NCBI GenBank assembly: GCA_964503125.1
Contig: CAZCZE010000020.1
Coordinates: 159,979 to 223,978 of the forward strand
DNA: 64,000 nt
Direction of reading: 5' to 3'
Source: an uncultured Gammaproteobacteria bacterium
GTDB taxonomy: Bacteria; Pseudomonadota; Gammaproteobacteria; Steroidobacterales; Rariloculaceae
Under the pieces are notes generated by a model. It was not told where the DNA came from, made no database searches, and saw nothing but the letters and a program-made list of their open reading frames with translations. Position numbers and translations under genes: made by a program. This document shows, one piece after another, positions 43,836-52,524 of this stretch. How positions within the stretch are numbered: the first letter of the stretch is position 1; the number at the start of each line of letters is the position of its first letter.

Positions 43836-45168
43836 GAAAAGGCTTCCCGTCATATCGCTGTTTAGCGGCGCTATGGGACTCGACCTGGGCCTCGAAGCAG
43901 CGGGCCTTCGTATCGCTGTTGCGCTAGAGTGCAACAGGTTTCCGTTGGCGACCATCCGGAAGAACCGTCCGAACCTTCCCTTGATCAACCAGCCGATCGA
44001 GGACGTTACAACGAAGGAAATCCTCGATGCCGCGGGATTAAAACCAGGAGAGGCGTTCGCGGTGGTAGGCGGACCGTCCTGCCAAGTGTTCAGCACAGCG
44101 GGAAATCGCCGATCGCTTGCCGATCCTCGTAGCACGATGTTCAAGCACTTCGTGCGCGTTATTCAGGAAGCAAGGCCGAAGTTTTACGTGATGGAGAATG
44201 TCCGCGGGCTTATTTCGGCTGCGGTGCGTCACCGCCCATTGAATCAGCGCGGACCCGGCTTCCCGCCTCTCGAAGAGGATGAGGAACTAGGGTCAGCCTT
44301 CAAAGTTGTCGCCGCGTCGTTACGAGGGCTCGGCTACTACAGTGTGTTCGACGTGTTGAACGCGGCTGACTACGGCGTTCCGCAGGCACGGCAGCGACTA
44401 CTGATCCTCGGTAGCCGGGATGGGAAGAAGATACGGATGCCGGAGCCGAGTCACGACCAGCACCGCCGCGATAAACGTCTTCGCTGGCGTACGCTCCGTG
44501 ATGCATTCAAAGGATGGGAAGAGGACAGTCGAGAGTTCTACAACTTTTGCCCGTCGAAGGAGCGCTATCTAAAATTGGTGCCCGAAGGTGGCAATTGGCG
44601 AGACCTACCGGAGCGCATGAAAAGTGAGGCGCTCGGGAGTGCGTTCGACTCGTGGGGCGGGAGATCCGGCTTTTTCCGACGGCTCTCCTTAGATGAACCG
44701 AGTCCCGCTCTTACCACGCGACCCGATAGCAAGGCGACGACACTCTGTCATCCGACTGAGCTAAGACCGCTAACGGTCGGTGAGTATGCACGAATCCAGC
44801 AGTTCCCCTCCCACTGGGTGTTCGAGGGAAGCGTCCGAAAAAAGTACGAACAAGTTGGAAACGCTGTGCCCATCGGACTCGGGAAAGCTGTCGGCAAGGC
44901 GCTGCTGGAGGCATCACGTACTCACGCGAATCCGCAGCGTTTGGAGCGAATTGAGTGCCTAAATCTCGACCTGCTATCAAAGCTCAGTCGCCGACCACGG
45001 ACAATCGTTAACCCCCCGCGGATGCGTGTTAGTGCTAAAGATGAAACGATATCGGAGTGGCACGGCGATGGGCCACGAATGCGCCTCGACGCATTTGACT
45101 ACGCGCCTCCTGGAACAGTAAAGGCATTACAGAAGCTCATCGGACGCTCAAACAGCGCTGGTTTGTAA
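43813..45168 (+). CDS. DNA (cytosine-5)-methyltransferase
   Basis: 451 aa with motif I ISLFSGAMGLDLG, motif IV GGPSCQVFS, motif VI ENV, motif VIII QARQRLLILG and motif X GNAVP. Confidence 0.9.
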   Translation: MPDQKANKKRLPVISLFSGAMGLDLGLEAAGLRIAVALECNRFPLATIRKNRPNLPLINQPIEDVTTKEILDAAGLKPGEAFAVVGGPSCQVFSTAGNRRSLADPRSTMFKHFVRVIQEARPKFYVMENVRGLISAAVRHRPLNQRGPGFPPLEEDEELGSAFKVVAASLRGLGYYSVFDVLNAADYGVPQARQRLLILGSRDGKKIRMPEPSHDQHRRDKRLRWRTLRDAFKGWEEDSREFYNFCPSKERYLKLVPEGGNWRDLPERMKSEALGSAFDSWGGRSGFFRRLSLDEPSPALTTRPDSKATTLCHPTELRPLTVGEYARIQQFPSHWVFEGSVRKKYEQVGNAVPIGLGKAVGKALLEASRTHANPQRLERIECLNLDLLSKLSRRPRTIVNPPRMRVSAKDETISEWHGDGPRMRLDAFDYAPPGTVKALQKLIGRSNSAGL

Positions 45169-45343
45169 TAAGCCGAGACGCGTCAAGCGGCATCGCGGAC
45201 GCAAGCGTGGTGAACTCTTCTTGTCTGAGGCGATCTAGGCAGGCGAAAGACAACTTTGCACGGTCAGAACGTGCAACCCTATTCACTGGAACCTGCGTGC
45301 TGGAGGCCACATCATCGAGCAGAATTCCGGGTGGCTTGAGTCG

Positions 45344-45697
45344 TTGATTAGTGCACGCGACCGAGTGAACCACTACAAGGATGGGGGCATCGAGCCAGAC
45401 GTGTTTACGGTGTGCGCGATCAACGACAAAGACGATGTAACCGTGCAGATTCCGATGTGGTCTGATGAACAATCGGTGGCACAGATGACGTTCGCCGCTT
45501 TCGGTGCGCTATTTCATTTCGTCGAGCAGTTCTTTTTCGCTGTTTTGGCGGCTCGTCTCCCCGACGAGCTGGGCGTCCTAAAGGCGTCCAACGTCCCACT
45601 CTATGAGCCACAGTCGCCTATCCATATCATGCGAACCTCAGAGTTCGAAGCGATTCGCGCTAAGGGCGGATGGTCGTCGCGTGGGGATCCGCTCTAA
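45344..45697 (+). CDS. Hypothetical protein (weak call)
   Basis: 117-aa track ORF with a TTG start. It has no recognisable motif and overlaps an equally unconvincing antisense ORF (45137..45472). Confidence 0.2.
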   Translation: MISARDRVNHYKDGGIEPDVFTVCAINDKDDVTVQIPMWSDEQSVAQMTFAAFGALFHFVEQFFFAVLAARLPDELGVLKASNVPLYEPQSPIHIMRTSEFEAIRAKGGWSSRGDPL

Positions 45698-46025
45698 CAG
45701 GGCGTGTGCGCGATTTCTGATCGAAACGCAGAAATACAGTACTAGCCACCGGCCTACTACTGGATGGACGCTTCGCCACGATGCTTGCCAAGATCCTGCG
45801 CATGCCGCCGCCCGTTGTCCTGACCGACGAGGATCTCAAGATCGCCGAGGCAGCATGCCGCCGCCTAGCCGCGCGGTATCGGCGCAAACGCGATTTCGAG
45901 ACGGCCGCGAGTTGGGAAGGGATGGCCGACAGAATCGCGCGCGTGCGGGCGCCGCGGTGACGGAGCAAGAGTTACAGACGCTCGCCGATCTAGGTGAGCG
46001 GCACGCGATCTACGCCCTCTCCAAT

Positions 46026-49000
46026 CTAGGAGTGCCAAGCTAATGAACTGTCGCGACAGCCGCGATAGTTTTCATCGAGTTGCTCGTTTAGCAACACGAT
46101 AGACGCGAGGCGGCGGATCATTGAAGACACGTATCGCGCTTCCGCCTTCGTTAACGGGCGGCCAAGGACACCTCCTTCGCGGTAGGAAAGCCATTTTTTC
46201 ACGACCTGATATCCACCGATGCGAAACTCCCACACTGCCGTTGGAACGTTGCCCCAATAGACGTGGTCGTTGAGGAATACGTCCACAGGTGGTCCAAAAC
46301 GTTCAAGCGCGGAATGCATACCCGGGACGTTCTGCAAAAGCAGCTTGAAGTTCGGCAATTCCTCCCAAGCTCGTTGCGCGAGCCGGCCCTTACCAGGCAT
46401 CACTGTCCCTTCAGTCATACCGCCCCACCCAACGTCCAAGTAGAGATCCTTAGCCGCTAGTTGTCCGCCCCCGACGCGAGAGACGTTTCCAAGCTCCGCG
46501 AGGAGCGGAGCCATCGATTCTAAGCTCGCGTTATCGAACCCTTGATCTGGATCCAATAGCGCGGCAATTCGGGCGCCTAGCTTGGCGGAGCGAAGAAGAC
46601 TGGTTTGGTCGGAGGGCAAGGGCACACGCGGCCAGTCGTTCAAGACGCCGTCCCTATTCTCCGCGAAATATTCGGGCGCGGAGAGAATCGCGGTTGCATG
46701 CATCCAGATAAGGTCAGTCACGCTACTGTCGGAATCCGGATCTCCAATTGTCAGTTCAGCGATGTACTTCCGCGCTCTAACGGACAGATTCGCGCGCGAC
46801 TTGCCTTTCTCCATCTCCAACAGAAGTCCGCCGACGTTTCCGTCGGTGTTCGGTGCAAGGCGGAAGGGAATAGCGACGACGTTTGGTCGAAGAAGGTGAT
46901 AGTCCGGGAGTGCCGCCGTGATCATTGCCGCGATACCCTCGTTCGGCCGCTCCGCGGACATCCGTGTAACTAGAGCCTTAGTGGCCATAGGCAGGTTGTT
47001 GACCAGAGCGGGGCGCGGCTCATTCCACAACGGCCTCGCTGCGCTCCAATAGCACCACCGATGGTCGAGCGGATAGAGCGCGTAGCGGCGAACAGCCGAA
47101 GCGCTATACGGAGCCGTCTTCAACAAAGCTGCGCGGACTTTCTGTGCGTCGAATCGCCCGCCGTCCTTGACCGGACCAATTTGTGCGGCGACGAGGGCTT
47201 GCCAGCTCACAGCCGAATCCAAATACGTGGCCATACGTTTCTCAAGCGTCACACGGTCTATCGACATGAGGGTCCCGCGGCGCATCTCCTGCAGGCCACT
47301 GATTGGCTCGGCCTCGCACAGGTCGATGACGCGCGGCCACGACAGATAGGATGCTGTTACGTTCTGAGGTTTGAACGTGAAACGGTTAATCGCCGTTGGG
47401 CTAGTCATTGCGTACTGCTCATCGAACGCAGGCACTTTGAGACTGTCTAGAACGGCCTCTCTCTTTGATGCGCCCCAGAACTCCCTAAATCGCACAATCG
47501 GTTTCTCGACGCGATCCTGCCGCAATACGAATAGGCCGATCGACGTCCCGAGCTTGATTCCCTCGCGATTGAACTCCGTTGAAAACACGGACGGGTCGGG
47601 CTCCCCAGTCGGCGTCAATTTGCCGGTCTCCCGCGAGTCGCCGTTAAGACTATCGATCCAGATGGCATCGAACTGTTTCAACAGTCGCTCGCGTAGAACA
47701 ACGTAGGAAGGATCTCCGAGATACGAATAGCTGGAGATGTAGCTAAAAATTCCTCTTCCAGTCTGCGCGATCCTTCGTTCCGCGATCCGAAAGAACCTGA
47801 CGTAAAGCTCATCCAAATTGAACTTTTTTATCCCCCATTTGCTATTCAATCCCGCCTTGTACGGTTCGACTAATCCCTGCTCCTCGTCCGGGCTCGTCCC
47901 TGCGTACGCGTTGTACGGCGGGTTACCAAGAATCACGAGCACCGGAACATCACGCTTCACGTGCTCTGCTGCGTCCCTTTCCACTTCGAGTTCCGGAAAC
48001 ATGGCGAGGGTTGCCTTTGGCCCGGTGGGCACGTCCCAGCCTGTCAAGGCGTTCGTGAGATAGATCGAGGGCCGTTCCCCTTCTTCAGGATCCAAAGGCG
48101 CACCGAAGCTTGCGAGCAGGTTTCCCACTTGCCAATGCGCAACAACGAATGATGCAGGTAGGATCTCAAAGCCAAATACACGCTCGCGCGCGGCTTCCTT
48201 GAGATCCTCCCCGATCAAGGCGTCACTGCCTTCGTCAGTCAACGTTGCGGCGATGCGCCGGAGTACTTCCACGACGTACGCGCCGGTGCCGCAGCAAGGG
48301 TCAAGAACATAGACGTTTTTATCCGCGAGGCCGCGTTCGAGGTTGAGTTCTGTTCTTAGGAGGTGATCGACGCGCTGAACCATGTACTTCACTATTTCTG
48401 CCGGTGTATACCAGACGCCAAGTTCTTTTCTCAGCTCCGGATCGAAGTCTTTTAGGAAGGGCTCGTAGAAGTGCTGAACGGCTTGGCCGCTATCGAAACT
48501 AGCGAAGAACTCTTTCCGCTTTACTCGATTCAGGGCTTCGCCGGTCCTGTCTAAGATCGCCGAAATTCCGAGTGTGCTGAGGCGAACGGGATTTGCGACT
48601 TCAGCGAAGATGCTCCGGATCATCGGAACGGTTAGCACATAGCCGGCGGTCTTCCAGTCGAATGCAGATTTGCCTTCCCGCGATACGAGTACCCACGCAG
48701 AAAACACGCCGTAGAAAAGCGTTTGGACGAGCGTCGATTTGAAGAAGTGATCTCCCTTCTTGCCGTGAAACTTGATACCAAGGATCGTCTCCAATCCCTC
48801 GCGCAGCGGTTTTAGCGCTAGATCGTCCTTCTTTTCGACCGTTTTGAGCGCTTCTCTCGCATACGACGCAAGAAACCCAGCGATGTCCCCGGGGCGCGTA
48901 AGTGGTGCCGCGCTCATCAGCACGCGCCGCGCGAACTCGGTGAAGGCGTCAACGTGATCACTCGCTGCCTTCACGGGGTCCGCACACATTAGCCAAAACG

Positions 49001-49457
49001 TGCTCTCGTCGGTCGCGAAGCTATAGAACTCGCGCTCCTGTGGGTTACCCGAAGAGTCTTCGCCGATTAGCCGAAAATCCCGATAGTTGCTAAGCAGAAT
49101 TAGCCGATAGAGACCGAAGTACTTCGTTGCCTGATCGCTGTTGGCCGTTCGCCAAGTGTCGTCTGAAAGGGGCTTTACCTCGATTACGCCGCGCTCCGGA
49201 ATCGCGCCCATTCCCTTCTTCGGAGCGCCTTTTGAAAACTGGCTCTTGGTGTACAAGCCGAAGTCAGGATGCCCTGAGCCTTGATTACGCAGTTGGCCAT
49301 TGCATACGACGGCTGGTTTTAAGGTCTTCCCAATGGCATTCAGAAGGTTTTCGAGGGCGGCGTAGTAGGAGGTCTCATCGGTCGCGCTGCCTGTACTGCG
49401 GATCTCTAGCATCCGCTCGAAGTACTTGCGGATGGCCTCCTCAATGTTGTCGCCCAA
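46026..49457 (-). CDS. Type IIG/IIL-like restriction-modification fusion: N-terminal PD-(D/E)xK nuclease-like domain + gamma-class N6-adenine methyltransferase + C-terminal specificity region (type ISP-like C-terminus)
   Basis: 1143 aa. The N-terminus GHPDFGLY...GVIEVKPL...QATKYF resembles the D..ExK..Q..Y layout of MmeI-type enzymes. It has MTase motif I VLDPCCGTG and motif IV GNPPY. No helicase motifs are seen in this polypeptide. Confidence 0.8.
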   Translation of the reverse strand: MGDNIEEAIRKYFERMLEIRSTGSATDETSYYAALENLLNAIGKTLKPAVVCNGQLRNQGSGHPDFGLYTKSQFSKGAPKKGMGAIPERGVIEVKPLSDDTWRTANSDQATKYFGLYRLILLSNYRDFRLIGEDSSGNPQEREFYSFATDESTFWLMCADPVKAASDHVDAFTEFARRVLMSAAPLTRPGDIAGFLASYAREALKTVEKKDDLALKPLREGLETILGIKFHGKKGDHFFKSTLVQTLFYGVFSAWVLVSREGKSAFDWKTAGYVLTVPMIRSIFAEVANPVRLSTLGISAILDRTGEALNRVKRKEFFASFDSGQAVQHFYEPFLKDFDPELRKELGVWYTPAEIVKYMVQRVDHLLRTELNLERGLADKNVYVLDPCCGTGAYVVEVLRRIAATLTDEGSDALIGEDLKEAARERVFGFEILPASFVVAHWQVGNLLASFGAPLDPEEGERPSIYLTNALTGWDVPTGPKATLAMFPELEVERDAAEHVKRDVPVLVILGNPPYNAYAGTSPDEEQGLVEPYKAGLNSKWGIKKFNLDELYVRFFRIAERRIAQTGRGIFSYISSYSYLGDPSYVVLRERLLKQFDAIWIDSLNGDSRETGKLTPTGEPDPSVFSTEFNREGIKLGTSIGLFVLRQDRVEKPIVRFREFWGASKREAVLDSLKVPAFDEQYAMTSPTAINRFTFKPQNVTASYLSWPRVIDLCEAEPISGLQEMRRGTLMSIDRVTLEKRMATYLDSAVSWQALVAAQIGPVKDGGRFDAQKVRAALLKTAPYSASAVRRYALYPLDHRWCYWSAARPLWNEPRPALVNNLPMATKALVTRMSAERPNEGIAAMITAALPDYHLLRPNVVAIPFRLAPNTDGNVGGLLLEMEKGKSRANLSVRARKYIAELTIGDPDSDSSVTDLIWMHATAILSAPEYFAENRDGVLNDWPRVPLPSDQTSLLRSAKLGARIAALLDPDQGFDNASLESMAPLLAELGNVSRVGGGQLAAKDLYLDVGWGGMTEGTVMPGKGRLAQRAWEELPNFKLLLQNVPGMHSALERFGPPVDVFLNDHVYWGNVPTAVWEFRIGGYQVVKKWLSYREGGVLGRPLTKAEARYVSSMIRRLASIVLLNEQLDENYRGCRDSSLAWHS

Positions 49458-49664
49458 TCGCCGTCTCCGTGTGGACCAGGATGGCCCCAGTGGGTAGGTG
49501 TTGGCAGTTGTCCAAGTTTACAGTACTGCCGTCGATCAAAATGGCCGCGCAGGGAAACTCTAGAAGGCTGGCATCCGTGTCCCACATCAATGAAGTGGGG
49601 GCGCATTGTTTGCGCGGGCTGCGCCCACGCACCGCTCTTATCTCGAGCTCGACCCGGAGGCTGA

Positions 49665-50114
49665 CGGCCCGATGGACGATCTTCTGGGGCACTCGATCAC
49701 GGGACGACGCACATCGTGCTGGAGCCGTTGGACTTCATCGCTCGCCTCGCGGCGCTGGTGCCGCCGCCGCGGGTACACCTGACGAGGTTCCATGGGGTGT
49801 TCGCGGCGCACGCGGTGCTGCGAGCGGCGATCACCCCGGCAGGAAGAGGGTCGGGGGCACAGCAGCGAACCACCGCCCCGGAGCAGCCTAGACTCAAGGA
49901 TCTTCGCATGACCTGGGCGCGCCGCCTAAAACGCGTGTTCGGGATCGAGATTGAGCAGTGCGCGCGCTGCGGCGGGCGCTTGAAGGTGATCGCGAGCATC
50001 GAGGAACCGGAGCTGATCGAGCGCATCCTCACGCACCGGCGGGAGCGGGGCGAGGAGGCGGCACCGACGACCGCGCTCGGGGCGCGAGCGCCGCCGCAGG
50101 GGCTGTTGTTCTGA
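49665..50114 (+). pseudogene. IS91-family transposase, C-terminal fragment
   Basis: ..DHGTTHIVLEPLDFIARLAALVPPPRVHLTRFHGVFAAHAVLRAAI.. and CARCGGRLKVIASIEEPELIERIL are typical IS91-family C-terminal blocks. Weaker similarity (..SVSHINEVGAHCLRGLRPR..RRLTA) continues upstream from about 49530 in another frame, implying a frameshift. Confidence 0.75.
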
Positions 50115-50200
50115 TTCACCTGGTCGTCGACGGGCTCGTGGTTTTCAGCGCGGGCGGCGGGCGGTGCTGCGCGCAGCGTGGCCGGAGGCCGACATCGGCC

Positions 50201-50303
50201 GGCCCGCGGACATTGTTCGTTCTTGGTTTTTCCGGAGTTTTCCGCGAGTTTCGGGACTTGCATTCGAGTCTAGCGTACGAATTCTCGGAGCGGCAAGCGG
50301 CGC
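50201..50303. repeat. 103-bp direct repeat, right copy
   Basis: See the left copy. Here the duplicated MSAG codons run into an unrelated 23-codon remnant ORF. The repeat is followed 45 nt later by the ATG of 50349. Confidence 0.95.
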
Positions 50304-50348
50304 AAACCGCCGCCTGTTTGCCGATGAGTCGCGGTAGTAGGGGGAGCG

Positions 50349-52520
50349 ATGCCAGCCGTCCGAGCTCTGAACGTCCTTGCGTTGTGCGTGCTCGCGGCCG
50401 CCGGCCTGCGCGTTTTGGGTCAGCCTGCGACATCCGAGCCCATCGCCGTCGATTCGGACGACATCGCCGGGGTCGTGACCGGACCGAACGGCCCGGAGGC
50501 CGGGGTCTGGGTCATTGCCGAGACCGAGGATCTGCCGACGAAGTTTCGCAAGATCGTCGTGACGGACGACCGCGGCCGCTACCTGTTGCCCGATCTGCCG
50601 CCCGCCAACTACGTGCTCTGGGTGCGCGGCTACGGCCTCGTCGACTCGCCGCGTGCGCGCTCTGCCCCAGGCCGAATCGTCGCACTGCCGGCCGTGATCG
50701 CGCCCGACGCGCGCGCGGCCGCGCAGGTCTATCCGGCCAATTACTGGTACTCGCTGATCGAGCTGCCGCAACCCGACCAGTTCCCCGGTACCGGCGCCGG
50801 CGGCAACGGCATCGAAGCGGGCATGGCGACCCAGCACCATTGGATCAATCAGATCAAGACGGGCTGCGTCGTTTGCCACCAGCTCGGCAATCTCGCGACG
50901 CGCGATTTTCCGCCGGGCCTCGGGCAGTTCGAGTCCGCGTACGACGCTTGGGATCACCGCACGCAAGTGGGCCAGGACGGCACGGCGATGATCAGCGCCA
51001 TCAATGCGCTCGGCCGCCGTCCCGCTCTGACGATGTGGGCGGATTGGACCGACCGCATCGCGGCCGGCGAGCTGCCGCCGCAGCCGCCGCGCCCGCAGGG
51101 CATCGAGCGCAATCTCGTGCTGACACTCTGGGAGTGGGGCGGCGAGGCGACGTTCGCGCACGACGAGTTGTCGTCCGACAAGCGCAATCCGCGAGCCAAC
51201 GCCAACGGCCCGATCTACGGCGTCGATTGGGGCAACGACGGCTTCCTCACGCTCGACCCGAACACGCACACCGCGACCGAGGTGCGGATCCCGGTCCTCG
51301 ACCCGACGACGCCGCCGGGTAAGCCGCAATCGATGCCGCGGCCATCGCCGTACTGGGGCACCGAGCTCTACTGGTACGACCCGGCCATCACGAATCATGC
51401 GGCGATGGACAGCAAAGGCCGCGTCTGGATGTCGTCGCGGTTCCGCCGGCCCGAGAGCCAGCCCGAGTTCTGTCGCAACCATCCGTCGGCGGCGTTGTCG
51501 CCTCAGGAGTCGAGCTTCCGCCAGGTGCAGTATTTCGACCCGCGGACGAAGGCGTTCCACCAGGTCAACATCTGCTTCGACACGCATCACGTGCAGTTCG
51601 CGTCCGACGATGATGAGACGCTCTACGGTAACGGCGTGTTCAGCGGCGCGATCGGCTGGGTCAACACGCGCGTGCTCGACGAGACCGGCGACGAGGCGGC
51701 AGCGCAAGGATGGTGCCTGCCGTATTACGACGTCGACGGCAACGGCAAGATCGAAGCCGGCGGCGTCGACCGCTATGTGTTCGCGCACCTCGGCCAACCG
51801 ACCGGGCGGCTCGCGGGCATGCGGATCCCCGCGGGCGTGATCTACAGCGTCATTCCGCACCCCACCGACGGCAGTGTCTGGGGGGCCGTGCCCGGACCGA
51901 TGCCGGGCCGCATCATCCGCGTCGACCCGAAGACGTGCGTTTCCGAGGTCTACGAGCCGCCGTTCAACAATCCCGAGGTCAACGTGAACGGTTACACGCC
52001 GCGCGGCATCGACGTCGATTCCTACGGCGTGATCTGGACGGCACTCGCCGGTAGCGGTCATCTCGCGAGCTTCGATCGCCGCAAGTGCAGAGTCTTAAGC
52101 GGCCCCGCGTCGACGACGGGGCAGCACTGCCCCGAAGGCTGGACGCTGTATCGAACGCCGGGGCCGAGCTTCAAAGGTGCAACCGACGCGATCGCCGTCG
52201 ACATGTCCTACTACAACTTCGTCGACCGCTTCAACACGCTCGGGCTCGGCCCCAACGTGCCGATCGCGAACGGGACCAACTCGGACTCGTTGCTGGCGCT
52301 GCAACCCGACGGCCGCTGGGTCGTTCTCCGCGTGCCGTATCCGCTCGGCTTCTTCACGCGCGGCATGGACGGTCGCATCGACGACCCGAATGCGGGCTGG
52401 AAGGGTCGCGCCCTCTACGGCGACTACGGACAGAACGCCGTTTGGCACATCGAGGGCGGCAAGGGCACGCGCAGCTCCGTCGTGAAGTTCCAGCTGCGTC
52501 CGGACCCGCTCGCGAAGTAG
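50349..52520 (+). CDS. Secreted carboxypeptidase-regulatory-like domain protein with one CxxCH motif and C-terminal beta-propeller-like region
   Basis: 723 aa with a signal peptide and GVVTGPNGPEAGVWVIAE...VTDDRGRYLLPDLPPANYVLWV (CarboxypepD_reg-like). It also has QIKTGCVVCHQLGN (CxxCH) and repeated ..G.VW.. blade-like segments. Confidence 0.75.
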   Translation: MPAVRALNVLALCVLAAAGLRVLGQPATSEPIAVDSDDIAGVVTGPNGPEAGVWVIAETEDLPTKFRKIVVTDDRGRYLLPDLPPANYVLWVRGYGLVDSPRARSAPGRIVALPAVIAPDARAAAQVYPANYWYSLIELPQPDQFPGTGAGGNGIEAGMATQHHWINQIKTGCVVCHQLGNLATRDFPPGLGQFESAYDAWDHRTQVGQDGTAMISAINALGRRPALTMWADWTDRIAAGELPPQPPRPQGIERNLVLTLWEWGGEATFAHDELSSDKRNPRANANGPIYGVDWGNDGFLTLDPNTHTATEVRIPVLDPTTPPGKPQSMPRPSPYWGTELYWYDPAITNHAAMDSKGRVWMSSRFRRPESQPEFCRNHPSAALSPQESSFRQVQYFDPRTKAFHQVNICFDTHHVQFASDDDETLYGNGVFSGAIGWVNTRVLDETGDEAAAQGWCLPYYDVDGNGKIEAGGVDRYVFAHLGQPTGRLAGMRIPAGVIYSVIPHPTDGSVWGAVPGPMPGRIIRVDPKTCVSEVYEPPFNNPEVNVNGYTPRGIDVDSYGVIWTALAGSGHLASFDRRKCRVLSGPASTTGQHCPEGWTLYRTPGPSFKGATDAIAVDMSYYNFVDRFNTLGLGPNVPIANGTNSDSLLALQPDGRWVVLRVPYPLGFFTRGMDGRIDDPNAGWKGRALYGDYGQNAVWHIEGGKGTRSSVVKFQLRPDPLAK

Positions 52521-52524
52521 CCGT

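Larger units (their letters stand above)
38787..50200 (+). mobile_element. 11.4-kb insertion: disrupted IS91-family element carrying a ~10-kb lower-G+C methyltransferase/SNF2/ParB-like cassette
   Basis: It is bounded by the 103-bp direct repeat. The N- and C-terminal halves of one IS91-type transposase lie at its two ends in the same orientation. The interior has visibly lower G+C than the flanks. Confidence 0.65.

Noticed and set aside
45137-45472. Minus-strand 111-aa ORF downstream of the C5-MTase as a Vsr-type mismatch endonuclease or cognate restriction enzyme
   Set aside because: I recognised no Vsr motifs or PD-ExK/HNH pattern. It also overlaps an equally weak plus-strand ORF.
45781-45960. 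59-codon ORF (MLAKILRMPPPVVLTDEDLKIAEAACRRL...) and an overlapping 28-codon ORF
   Set aside because: It has no recognisable family, no clear RBS and is very short. It is mentioned under the unassigned-region finding but not called as a feature.
39502-49457. Calling the cassette DISARM, BREX or Dnd/Ssp
   Set aside because: A SNF2 protein plus a large N6A MTase plus a C5 MTase recalls DISARM. However, I see no DrmA-type helicase, no DUF1998 (DrmB) and no PLD nuclease. I also see no PglZ/BrxC/BrxL (BREX) and no DndACDE/SspBCD-like genes. Naming it as any of these would be unsupported.
38833-50114. Composite transposon made of two IS91 copies
   Set aside because: The two transposase pieces appear to be complementary N- and C-terminal parts of one gene rather than two full or overlapping copies. 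A single interrupted gene is more parsimonious, though an alignment is needed to confirm this.
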